A stretch of DNA of 64,000 nt from Candidatus Bathyarchaeia archaeon (lineage in GTDB: Archaea; Thermoproteota; Bathyarchaeia; 40CM-2-53-6): contig JBEKFP010000003.1 in assembly GCA_050013255.1 (NCBI GenBank), forward strand, positions 160,001-224,000, given 5' to 3'. Positions 9,897 through 19,017 of this stretch are shown in pieces; within the stretch, counting starts at the first letter, position 1; every line of letters begins with the position of its first letter. The notes below the pieces were generated by a model that was given only the letters and a program-made list of their open reading frames with translations, was not told the DNA's origin and did no database searches. The position numbers and the translations under genes are program-made.

Positions 9897-10256
9897 ATGA
9901 TGATTAGTCATTACTTGCATTCTTTGGTCATTCAGGTTGGTCTGTTCGAGGGAGCGGAGAGAGGAACCGCTGAGGCCTTGGGAATCGCTTCAGGCATTTT
10001 CGCTTTGTTACTATTCTCGCTCTCAATGTACGCTTGGTCTAGGCGAAGGCAACCTGCATTAGCAATCGTATCCATCGCCTTCTTGCTCTTCTTTTTCCGA
10101 CACATAGTTCAAGTCCTCGCTGAAATGTACGAGTTTGACTCAGCTGTAGCGCTAACCCTAGTCTTCATGGACTTCATAATTCTCGCGCTCTTCTTCGTTG
10201 CGATCGTCATTAGACCGAGGAGAAAGCAACCGGCAGGAGATACAAGTAGCCCTTGA
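9897..10256 (+). CDS. Small 3-TM membrane protein
   Basis: Three hydrophobic segments; directly behind regulator. Confidence 0.7.
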   Translation: MMISHYLHSLVIQVGLFEGAERGTAEALGIASGIFALLLFSLSMYAWSRRRQPALAIVSIAFLLFFFRHIVQVLAEMYEFDSAVALTLVFMDFIILALFFVAIVIRPRRKQPAGDTSSP

Positions 10257-10410
10257 TTGAAACCAGTTACGCTAAAGACCGGATTTAAGGATAGAAAGGG
10301 CGCACTTACATTATCCATCCAAATCTAATTGTCTGCGTCTGCGATTCAGAAAGTTCTGGGAGAGGTTATACGCTTGTACCAGAACCCTCTTAGGTCGTGC
10401 GACTTACGAG

Positions 10411-11535
10411 ATGCAAATCAGTGAACGGGATTTGCCACGACGAAATCGAAAGTGGGCCAAGCGTGTTGGCATTACTGAGCGTAGGACGATCCTCGCAATC
10501 TCAATCCTAATCATCGTCGTAGCCTCAATTGCATCCTATTATGCAGGCTTCGCTGTCGGAAATGCAAGGTTGAACGCTGTCAGAATCTACGCAAACTCTA
10601 GCCGCAGCGTAGTTACCATACAAGGAGACAGCGCAACCCAGACTGTCCTGGGGTCCGGGTTTGTGATTCGCTATGCGAATTCGAATTACATAGTGACAAA
10701 CTTTCACGTGGTTGACGGAATGGTCAACGTCACCGTAACATTCTGGGATGGCAACGCATATGCGACGAAAGTCATTGGTTCAGACGGATATGAAGACACC
10801 GCGATCCTCGCTGTTTCAGCTCCATCTGATGAGTTCTATCCGTTACAACTTGGTTCATCGTCCTCTCTGAGCGTCGGAGACCCAGTGGCAGCGATTGGCA
10901 ATCCATACGGTCTTTCAGGTTCCATAACCGTAGGTATAGTTGGCCAGTTGGGAAGAACAATCCAATCCGATGCCACTACGGGCGGTTATGCTATAGCGGA
11001 CGTGATCCAGTTTAGCGCTCAGATAAACCCTGGAAATTCCGGAGGGCCCCTGCTCAATGCAGACGACTTTGTTGTCGGCGTAACCACGGCTCAGGTCACC
11101 GGGTCGCAAGGGCTTGGCTTCGCGATTCCCTCTAATACAATAGCACGAGAGTTGTCATCGTTGGTGAATACAGGCAAGTACGCGAAGCACCCCTACCTCG
11201 GCATTGCAGCAACTGACATGAACTACCAGCTCTCCCAAGTGACGCATGGCATAGTTACCTATGGCGTCCTGGTCGAAAAATCCGTAGGCAACGGACCGGC
11301 AAGCCTAGCTGGGGTGAAAGGTGGCACGAATCTCGTTACGGTTGCAGGGCAACAATATCTTACCGGGGGTGACATAATAATTTCTATCAACGGAGCTAGG
11401 ATTGTAAACAATGACGCGCTCTCAACCTACCTAGAAAGATACACACTTCCGGGAGAGACTGTTCAGGTCGGAATTATCAGAGATGGCAAATTCATCTCGG
11501 TTCAGGTAACGCTGGGAACCCGACCGCCTCTGTGA
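10411..11535 (+). CDS. htrA: HtrA/DegP-family serine protease with PDZ domain
   Basis: N-terminal TM, GSGF, TNFHVV, NPGNSGGPL, GDIIISING. Confidence 0.93.
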   Translation: MQISERDLPRRNRKWAKRVGITERRTILAISILIIVVASIASYYAGFAVGNARLNAVRIYANSSRSVVTIQGDSATQTVLGSGFVIRYANSNYIVTNFHVVDGMVNVTVTFWDGNAYATKVIGSDGYEDTAILAVSAPSDEFYPLQLGSSSSLSVGDPVAAIGNPYGLSGSITVGIVGQLGRTIQSDATTGGYAIADVIQFSAQINPGNSGGPLLNADDFVVGVTTAQVTGSQGLGFAIPSNTIARELSSLVNTGKYAKHPYLGIAATDMNYQLSQVTHGIVTYGVLVEKSVGNGPASLAGVKGGTNLVTVAGQQYLTGGDIIISINGARIVNNDALSTYLERYTLPGETVQVGIIRDGKFISVQVTLGTRPPL

Positions 11536-11746
11536 CATCAAAATTCACGTTCAACATACCATCACTCATCCGGGCGAAGAGCCCAGTTCTTTAGCAGCTG
11601 AGGATTCAGCCCAGTCACACAGTCGGTCGCTTGGACCAGGGTCTAGACGGACTAACCAGCCAAGACACACTAAAAAAATCCTTCATAAAGTCACACACTT
11701 TTCCTAATCCTAGTTCTACTCTCATTCTGGTTCCTGGTCTGGTTAG

Positions 11747-11911
11747 TTGAGGGAGGAATTGTTGCGAAGACAAGACACTAGGGCTCTAAGAGAAGGAATC
11801 TTGCATCTAACGAATGGTGAAGCGAAGAAGCTTGGCGTAGGCGAGTGGACGCTCCACTACTTACGCAAGAATGCAAGAGGGCGCGGTGTATCAAACTACC
11901 ATTGTTGTTGA
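11747..11911 (+). pseudogene. Small HTH ORF or fragment resembling the C-terminal HTH of archaeal solo Cas1
   Basis: Translates RRQDTRALREGILHLTNGEAKKLGVGEWTLHYLRKNARG; below ORF-track cutoff. Confidence 0.45.
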
Positions 11912-11915
11912 TAGC

Positions 11916-12824
11916 TTAGTAGGCTTTCCTTATGATCGCGAAACCAGAGTACCCGTATCTTCGGATCCTAGTTTCCCCCTCAACGCCTTCTACGTACACG
12001 CCCTTTCCCGCTTTGATGTCTTGGGCCGCCTGTAGGACTCTTTCAAGCGCGGCTTTCTGAACGTAAGGTTCGTTGTGGCTGGGCAGTAGCCTGTCGTAAT
12101 GTGAAGAGAGGGCGATCATCCGCTCGTAGCTTTTGATGAAGGCGTCGAGATCGCTTCCTGGCAGGTGGATGTAGATTGCGGCTGGATAGAAGGTGTCCCC
12201 CGTCCACAGTAGCCTTGCATTTCTATCGAGGAGGCATATGGAGTCGGGGCTGTGCCCGGGTTGTATAAACAACCTCTAACTTCCTGTTTCCCAAATCGAT
12301 GACGTCGCCATCCTTCAGCCATTGTGTCACCGTGAATGGTGGAACATGGTAATTCTCAGGATCAAAATCCTCGGGTAGGGGTTTCCATAACATTCCGTCC
12401 GCGAGTAGACGTGACATCTCTGCCTTGTTGCAACCGTTCTTGGCGGCTTGCCGGGCGTTGGGGGCATCAAATATTGCGACACTGTCGAACAGGTAGTTCT
12501 GCGCGATGTGGTCGTAGTGGCTATGCGTATTCACGACCATGATGGACAGGGATGTGAATTCTTCGGCGAGTCTCTTCACGTTACCCATTCCCAATCCCGT
12601 GTCGATCAGAACCGCGCGCTCCTTCCCAACCACTAGGTATGATATGACTTCCTCAAACTGGCCAGGCTCATAGAACAATAGACGTCGGGGTTGATCTTGT
12701 AGACCTCGAACCACGGTTGACTAGACTGGAGCCTCTGAAGCTCCGAGAAAGTCTTCCTGGGCAAGGCCTTCCACCAGTCCGTCGGTGCAACGGTGGTTCC
12801 CTCGCCGATTCTCTTGGTGGACAT
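11916..12824 (-). pseudogene. Metallo-beta-lactamase fold hydrolase split by two frameshifts
   Basis: Segments 12633-12824, 12223-12714 (LIDTG, THSHYDH) and 11916-12272 (PGHS, TGD, PSH) form one MBL fold. Confidence 0.85.
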
Positions 12825-12931
12825 CGCTCGTCACATCCCGACAAAGATTCAATTGGGGATATTATAGTGGCTCTGAGGTTAATCCCAAAGTTCGATTTTC
12901 CCCAGCCAGTTTAAGGCTTGCAGTCCCTTAA

Positions 12932-14173
12932 TCAGCGCCGAGATCTAGCAGGTTTACGCTGGCGTCCACCGCATTCACCACAGAATTTTGCGCCTTGGGG
13001 AAGCTTAGTTCCGCAGCTCATACAAAACGGCCCAGGTTGCTTCGAGGTGTTTCCAGCACTGGTTGTCTGCGAAGGGGTTGCATCCGTCGATGCTACGCTG
13101 TTCTCTTGCGGAGAATTGCTCGATTGGTTATTCGATGAGGTTCCACGCCTCATCAGAAGAAATATCGCTGCTAGAAATAGCCCTGCTAAGATACCGGTTA
13201 ATACGCTAAGCGTCGTAACGAGTGTTGCGTCGGTAGTGGTTGTGATACTTGTGAATGTCGATATCGCAGTGACTGCTTCGGGAGTTTCCGTCGAGGTTGA
13301 GAAACTTGTCTCCGTGAAGGCAGAGTACATAGTGGCGGTCGTAGTGGCCGTCTGATATTGGTTCGGGTAACCGTAGTTTGGATTGCAATTGTACGGGTAA
13401 TTGGGATAGTTCGGATAACAAGTCGGGTAGCAGTTGTAATAATTGGTGTAGCAGTTGTTGTAGTTGTTGTAGCAATTACTATCGTAACAATTCCCATTGC
13501 AGTTGTTGTAGTAACATGTGTATTGGTGGCAGTTCCATTTGTTTCCATAGTGGTTGCAAGTTCGAGTCGGGGGATCGCTCGACACGGTTGTGGTCGAACT
13601 AGTGACACGAGTTGTCGTTACGGACGATGATGTAGGGCTTTCAACTGTCGCAATAGCGGTAGTAGTTGTAGACTCTGATGATCCCATCGAAGACGTTAGA
13701 GAGGTTGAACTCGTCGACGAAGTTGATGATGTCTCGGTGCTTGTGGAAGATGTCATGGCGGCCGACGTAGACGTCACACTCGTTGACACCACTTCTGTAG
13801 GAGTCGTGGACGTAGAGCTTGCCGAAGTAGGTGAATCTTCAGAAGTGCTCGACAAAGAAATAACAGGTGATGTTGAGGCCGTCGTAGCAGTTGGCGTGGC
13901 CAATGTCGTGAGTGTAGTCGAGGATTCAGCTGATGTGGCGGATGAACTTGAGGTTGTAATCGTTTGCGATTCAGGAGCTGTGGGTGCAGCTGAGGTTGAT
14001 GTCGACTCTGAGGCTGAGTCGGAAATAAAGGCTGATGTTGAAGAGGAACTCATCACGGTAGAATTATCCATTTGCTGAACTGCAATGGCCGACGCTGTGT
14101 ACCCGTTCGAGATCAAGCCCACGACGGCTAACAGGATGATTCCGCCCAATACCCATCGCATGTTCATCGACAC
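12932..14173 (-). CDS. Ser/Thr-rich single-pass surface protein with Cys/Tyr/Asn-rich segment and C-terminal zinc ribbon
   Basis: Signal peptide, mucin-like S/T tract, TM helix, FCMSCG..FCGECG. Confidence 0.85.
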   Translation of the reverse strand: MSMNMRWVLGGIILLAVVGLISNGYTASAIAVQQMDNSTVMSSSSTSAFISDSASESTSTSAAPTAPESQTITTSSSSATSAESSTTLTTLATPTATTASTSPVISLSSTSEDSPTSASSTSTTPTEVVSTSVTSTSAAMTSSTSTETSSTSSTSSTSLTSSMGSSESTTTTAIATVESPTSSSVTTTRVTSSTTTVSSDPPTRTCNHYGNKWNCHQYTCYYNNCNGNCYDSNCYNNYNNCYTNYYNCYPTCYPNYPNYPYNCNPNYGYPNQYQTATTTATMYSAFTETSFSTSTETPEAVTAISTFTSITTTTDATLVTTLSVLTGILAGLFLAAIFLLMRRGTSSNNQSSNSPQENSVASTDATPSQTTSAGNTSKQPGPFCMSCGTKLPQGAKFCGECGGRQRKPARSRR

Positions 14174-14361
14174 AAATAGCAGACTCCGGCCAATGCACCA
14201 ATGCTAATCCTGTATACCTCACACACTTAACTATGGCGCGTAGTTAGGGCAAATGGATGAATCATCCTCTACCTTAATTACGGGACTAAGAAGCCGGTTA
14301 GGCTTTGCTAGACGAGTCTGGCGGCAAGAACGGCGATTTTGGCCTCTCTTTGATCGTATGG

Positions 14362-14922
14362 TTATAGGAGACCGAATCCAGGCCTTGAAGCGGCAGCATG
14401 AATTACAGCTATGCAAAGTGCAACAATAGTCAGCCATAAATGGAACCGGTTAAGTGTTTTGAAAGACTTACGCCCGCGCCTGCTTTCGAGAAGGATGCCT
14501 GACACACCAAGAGCTAGGATGAAGAGAAATGCCGCAGCGCCAATAACGTAACCGATAAACCCTGATTCGAGGGTCGGTAATAGGATGATGCTATGAACGC
14601 CGGCAAAGACAGTTAAGAAGAGAGATAGTAGCAGGTGTGTTTCCAACCAATCATGAATCTCTAACTTTGCAAATGCCTTGGCGCCACCAGCTTTCTGTTT
14701 ACTCGCAGACCGCGTCGCACGGAAACTGATTCCAAGCCATGGTTTCCAAAATCCCTGAATGATTAGGGCAGCGAAGATGAAGATTGCCGCATAGCCCAAC
14801 GAATTCGCATACCTGTACCCTAACCTAACGAACGCGCCGCTCTGAACAAACATGACCGTAAAGATAATCGTCGTCATCAGAGCAAACACAATCAGCCAAT
14901 GCTTCATCTGCATGATCTGCAT
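14362..14922 (-). CDS. Stand-alone cytochrome b/ferric-reductase-like membrane protein, paralog of N-terminus of 5616..6827
   Basis: Shares QGFWK, W.E.H, LG.SGI.LES, HLWL and all four TM His. Confidence 0.75.
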   Translation of the reverse strand: MQIMQMKHWLIVFALMTTIIFTVMFVQSGAFVRLGYRYANSLGYAAIFIFAALIIQGFWKPWLGISFRATRSASKQKAGGAKAFAKLEIHDWLETHLLLSLFLTVFAGVHSIILLPTLESGFIGYVIGAAAFLFILALGVSGILLESRRGRKSFKTLNRFHLWLTIVALCIAVIHAAASRPGFGLL

Positions 14923-14998
14923 CAGCTCGTTGAAAGTTTTCCTATGCGTTGTGTACGTCGGGTTATCTTGCCTAACCGAGAAACGAATTATGAAAGCT

Positions 14999-15406
14999 TT
15001 ACGGGTTCCGAGTTCTCTTTTTCTTTCTTAGCCGGGACCCGATTTCTATCCAATTGCCATTCGGGTCTCTGACATAGGCTAGAAGCCATCTTCCTTCTTC
15101 AAAGGGCGGGATTGCCCCCTTATGTTTCTTCGATATTTTTCCGTACGTGGCATACGCATCACTTACTTCAAAGGCTAGATGGTCCAGCCCAGATTTGCCG
15201 CCGTATCTGTATTTTTTTGGATACCAGTTGAGCTCTAGAACTTGCTTAGAACCTTTCGACATTAACCACGCGACCCGGCCGCCTGTCTCCTTGATTTTCG
15301 CTTTGAAAAGGAGACGCATTCCCAATGTTTTCCTATAGAAGTTGATGGACTTCTCAAGGTCAGCGACATGAATCCCGGTGTAAATGAACTTCGCCGGCAA
15401 GGTCAC
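14999..15406 (-). CDS. VOC/glyoxalase family protein
   Basis: VADLEKSINFY, LEL, DHLAF, DPNGNWIE. Confidence 0.88.
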   Translation of the reverse strand: MTLPAKFIYTGIHVADLEKSINFYRKTLGMRLLFKAKIKETGGRVAWLMSKGSKQVLELNWYPKKYRYGGKSGLDHLAFEVSDAYATYGKISKKHKGAIPPFEEGRWLLAYVRDPNGNWIEIGSRLRKKKRTRNP

Positions 15407-15501
15407 TATCTCCCAATCGTAGTGTATCTTCGACTAATAATGGGTACGTAGTCGATTTTTGTCAGAACCTTATGCGTCCCACATCGCACAGGATGAGCGC
15501 A

Positions 15502-16071
15502 TTACTCCTTCATCGTTGAGACTCTCTCTAGTGCAGCCGGTATCTCCTCCCACCGTTCTACCCTGAATACTCTCTGCATGTCCCCAGCGTTTCGGTTCCA
15601 GGGTTGTGAGTAAAGGATGCCGCACTTGTCTAGGCTGGAGGCAAGTAGAGACATTAGCTCAGCAGAATCGTCGATGAAAACGTCGTAGCCCAATCTTGCC
15701 TTTGCTTTGGTGCTCTCGGTTCGGACGAAGGCGTCATACGGGATTTTGTGTTCTTTCAGCCAATTCATTGCAGCCTGAACGGTAACTTGACTACGTCCCG
15801 TAACAACGTCGACCCGTCCGAATCTATGTATTCCCTTAACCGCCTCCACGATATGATCCTCCACAGCTGGAATGTTTTCCCATTCGAACCAGGCTTCATC
15901 GAGAGTTCGAAAGAACTCCTCCTTTGGAATGTGGGCTATTTGCCAGGCGTTCCATTGAACAAAGGAGTTCACTGTGAATTGGGTTGAGTGATGTTGGTTT
16001 AGGATTTTGCAGAAGGTTACCATGGTGTCCGCTAGGACGCCGTCCAAGTCGACCGCGATGCGCAAAACCAA
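15502..16071 (-). CDS. HAD-superfamily 5'(3')-deoxyribonucleotidase-like protein
   Basis: IAVDLDGVLAD, VTGR, FIDD, PWN. Confidence 0.85.
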   Translation of the reverse strand: MVLRIAVDLDGVLADTMVTFCKILNQHHSTQFTVNSFVQWNAWQIAHIPKEEFFRTLDEAWFEWENIPAVEDHIVEAVKGIHRFGRVDVVTGRSQVTVQAAMNWLKEHKIPYDAFVRTESTKAKARLGYDVFIDDSAELMSLLASSLDKCGILYSQPWNRNAGDMQRVFRVERWEEIPAALERVSTMKE

Positions 16072-16279
16072 ATTGGACTTGCCCCTTCCACAGAACCTGC
16101 GGGTTCAGCTTGTTTTTCGTTTTCTCATTCTGCGAATGGCGTAGACTATGAGGTATACTGTGGCTAGGGCGGTGGCGATCTGCAGAGACAGGAAAAGGGC
16201 GACCAGTATGAGAATCGAGGCTACGATTATGCTAAACTTAGCTTCAGATTGCGAACTCCAGCCCTCCCAGTTAGATTAC

Positions 16280-17686
16280 TCAAGGCATCGATTCCATTTT
16301 TATCATTTCTTCGTGGACCTTGAAAAGGTACCCTTCCGCCGTCAACCCTCGTTTTTTCGCGAGCTTGCGAATTGCATTCTCCACTCCCGTGCCGTGCTGA
16401 ATTGCCTTCTTTCGGCGCCATACCATATCCTCGGGCAAACCTTCCTCCTTGGCTACATTGCGAAGAACCCACTTCCTCGTAAGATCATTGCCAGCCTTAA
16501 CCTTGAACTGGGAAGGGATTGCTAGCGAAAACTCGATCACATCTAAATCGGCGAAGGCAGTGCGTAACTCAACACCAAACGGGGCTGTTGCTTGGTCGTC
16601 CCTCTCGTAGTTGACCTGAGCTGAGTCAAGAAGGCTGCGATACAGTTCTGTGACAAGGGCTCTGCGGCCTTTCCCATCCAACGTTCGAGCATACTTGTAA
16701 TAGCCGCCATAGAGTTCGTCGCTGCCTTGCCCGCAAAGCATAACTCTGCACCTTCTTTTTGCGGCGACCATCGCTGCCCAGTGAAGGGGCACAGCTACAC
16801 TGACCTTCATGAGGTTCGGTTCTTCGATGAGCCAGACCACGCGCTTCACATACTCTTCCAGCGAATCAAAGCCGAATGTTTCGATGGTGATAGGCAGATC
16901 GAGTTCCTGTGCGAATTGCTCTACGTTGGAAAGTTCCTGTGACCCGGGGAGGCCCACGCTCACAGCTTCCAAGTTGCAATTTGCCTTCTTAGCGAGAAGC
17001 GCAGTTAAGGCGCTATCCAGCCCGCCGGAAAAGGCAACAGAAACCTTGTCAACTCCACGTGTTATTCTCCGAATGGATTTTCTTAGCAAAACGGAAAGTC
17101 GTGCCGAAGCCTGGTTAATGGTCAGCTTCCTCGCCGCGGGGCTGGGAAGACGGGCGAGTCGAATCTCATTGAGCTTTCGTTCTGAAATTGAGTAAAGGCA
17201 TCCGGGTATGGCCCTTAGGGCATCTTTCAAACCAATCTTCCAGAGGGCTTTTCTCTCTGAAGCGAAAGCCGTGACGTTTCGGCTTCTCGCATAGTACAAT
17301 GGTTTTAGCCCATTCAGGTCTCGGAATGCGCACATTTTTTTCCGTTTTTGATATACGCAGGCGAACCCTCCTGGTTCCTTAAGAAGCGACCTTGCCGCCA
17401 TAATTAGCGACGGGCCTCTTGTTAGGCGTTCGTGGGCAAAACGAGCAACTCTTGGGGTCTCATAGAATGCCCCCTCCAATACCGTAGCAGTTCGGTCTGT
17501 TTCGTAGATTTGTGCTTCGGAAGCGTCTTGCGAGGCATATCCAACCAATAGATTGACGTTTCCGCGCTCCGTCATTTTAGCGATCCTTGAGTGAGTTCCC
17601 CTGTGGCTCAGAATGCGAAGCATGGCCTCAACAAGTGGTTCGGCACTTTCTGACCCAGTGGTGAACACGGCGGCAATTGCGCCCAA
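16280..17686 (-). CDS. Asparagine synthase-related protein (N-terminal Cys absent)
   Basis: RD.NG.KPLYY, FASE, SGGLDS, GQGSDELYGGY, RKK. Confidence 0.85.
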   Translation of the reverse strand: MGAIAAVFTTGSESAEPLVEAMLRILSHRGTHSRIAKMTERGNVNLLVGYASQDASEAQIYETDRTATVLEGAFYETPRVARFAHERLTRGPSLIMAARSLLKEPGGFACVYQKRKKMCAFRDLNGLKPLYYARSRNVTAFASERKALWKIGLKDALRAIPGCLYSISERKLNEIRLARLPSPAARKLTINQASARLSVLLRKSIRRITRGVDKVSVAFSGGLDSALTALLAKKANCNLEAVSVGLPGSQELSNVEQFAQELDLPITIETFGFDSLEEYVKRVVWLIEEPNLMKVSVAVPLHWAAMVAAKRRCRVMLCGQGSDELYGGYYKYARTLDGKGRRALVTELYRSLLDSAQVNYERDDQATAPFGVELRTAFADLDVIEFSLAIPSQFKVKAGNDLTRKWVLRNVAKEEGLPEDMVWRRKKAIQHGTGVENAIRKLAKKRGLTAEGYLFKVHEEMIKMESMP

Positions 17687-17755
17687 AGCTTGTCGCGTCG
17701 GTGTGCTCTGCTGGTTTTATATTAAATGCGATGAGTATCGTCATGTGTTAGGTAC

Positions 17756-17890
17756 AGACTGCACAAGAACGAACTACTCGGCCATCAAGTGTCCAAGCGC
17801 GGCGGGGTAATACGCGTGAGGGTTGGAGACAAACGAGTGTTCATCGGTGGCAAACCTGTAGCGGTCCTCACCGCCGAACTCCATGAATAA
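17756..17890 (+). pseudogene. 3'-terminal fragment of a PhzF-family gene
   Basis: RLHKNELLGHQVSKRGGVIRVRVGDKRVFIGGKPVAVLTAELHE* matches the C-terminus of the PhzF at 47676. Confidence 0.85.
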
Positions 17891-17944
17891 CCACATTAAG
17901 AATGGGCACTTACTGAGGGTCCCAACCACGAGCGGGTTGTTGAA

Positions 17945-18892
17945 ATGAAACTAGTCGTAGTAGACCACGTTCACCTGAAAGACCGCCACATCCAACAGCT
18001 TCACCGGATGGGAGAGCTGCAGGTTTTCGGTGATCCGCCCAGCTCCGAAGAAGAATTGAAGAAGAGAATGCAGGGAGCGGACATCGTGATTGTAGGCTGG
18101 AGCAATATAACGAAAGAACTTCTCGAGTCTCTTCCGAACCTCAAGATGATCGCTATCTGGGCCACGACATGTCACTACGTTGACCTTCAAGTGGCCAAGC
18201 AACGGGGCATAGTTGTAACACATGTCCCGGGTTACGGCACCGAGGCAGTAGCCGAACACGCCTTTGTCTTACTGCTCGCGGCAATTAGAAAGCTACTGCT
18301 GGCCGATCGTCACGTCAGGGAAGGCAAGTTTGATTGGCGACCGCTGAGAGGAGCAGAACTGGCAGGTAAGACGATCGGGCTTATCGGCACTGGAGCTATC
18401 GGCCTTAGGGTCGGCGAAATAGCCAAAGGTTTTGGAATGAATATTCTAGGCTATGACATAATGCCAAACGCCAAAAGAGCCCAAGAAATCGGAATGAAAT
18501 ACGTTGACTTTCAAGCCTTGCTCAAGGAAAGCGATGTCATAAGCCTGCATGTCACACTAAGCAGCAAGTCGGAACACCTAATCGGAAAGAGAGAATTCGA
18601 AATGATGAAGAACGGTGCAATCTTGATCAACACTTCTCAAGGCAAGGTACTTGATGAGAAAGAGTTAGTCAACGCTCTCGTTTCAGGTAAACTGTCTTGT
18701 GCCGGCCTTGATGTTTTCTCCCAAGAACCACCGGCGCCTGATAATCCACTGTTCAAACTTGACAACGTAGTCCTAACGCCTCACGTCGGTTTTCACACAA
18801 CTGAGGCCGTGGAAAGGTGCAGTGACATATGCATTAACAACGTGGCAAAATTCTTGGAGGGACATCCGCAGAACACTTGCGCGTCCCCCTGA
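17945..18892 (+). CDS. D-isomer-specific 2-hydroxyacid dehydrogenase
   Basis: AVAEH, GTGAIG, LDVF..EP, TPHVG; the usual NTAR Arg appears as NTSQ. Confidence 0.9.
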   Translation: MKLVVVDHVHLKDRHIQQLHRMGELQVFGDPPSSEEELKKRMQGADIVIVGWSNITKELLESLPNLKMIAIWATTCHYVDLQVAKQRGIVVTHVPGYGTEAVAEHAFVLLLAAIRKLLLADRHVREGKFDWRPLRGAELAGKTIGLIGTGAIGLRVGEIAKGFGMNILGYDIMPNAKRAQEIGMKYVDFQALLKESDVISLHVTLSSKSEHLIGKREFEMMKNGAILINTSQGKVLDEKELVNALVSGKLSCAGLDVFSQEPPAPDNPLFKLDNVVLTPHVGFHTTEAVERCSDICINNVAKFLEGHPQNTCASP

Positions 18893-19017
18893 AACGTCGA
18901 GTACAACATACTCTTCGTCTCGGTTGAGTTCTCGTGGTTAGCGTGTTTCTCGTGATAATATGTAGACCAAAGCGATAAATATGCTCATAAACGATAACAG
19001 TAGATGAGGCAAGACTA

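Noticed and set aside
13198-14078. Alternative-frame ORFs (13198..13608, 13554..14078 and others)
   Set aside because: Shadows of the low-complexity Ser/Thr gene
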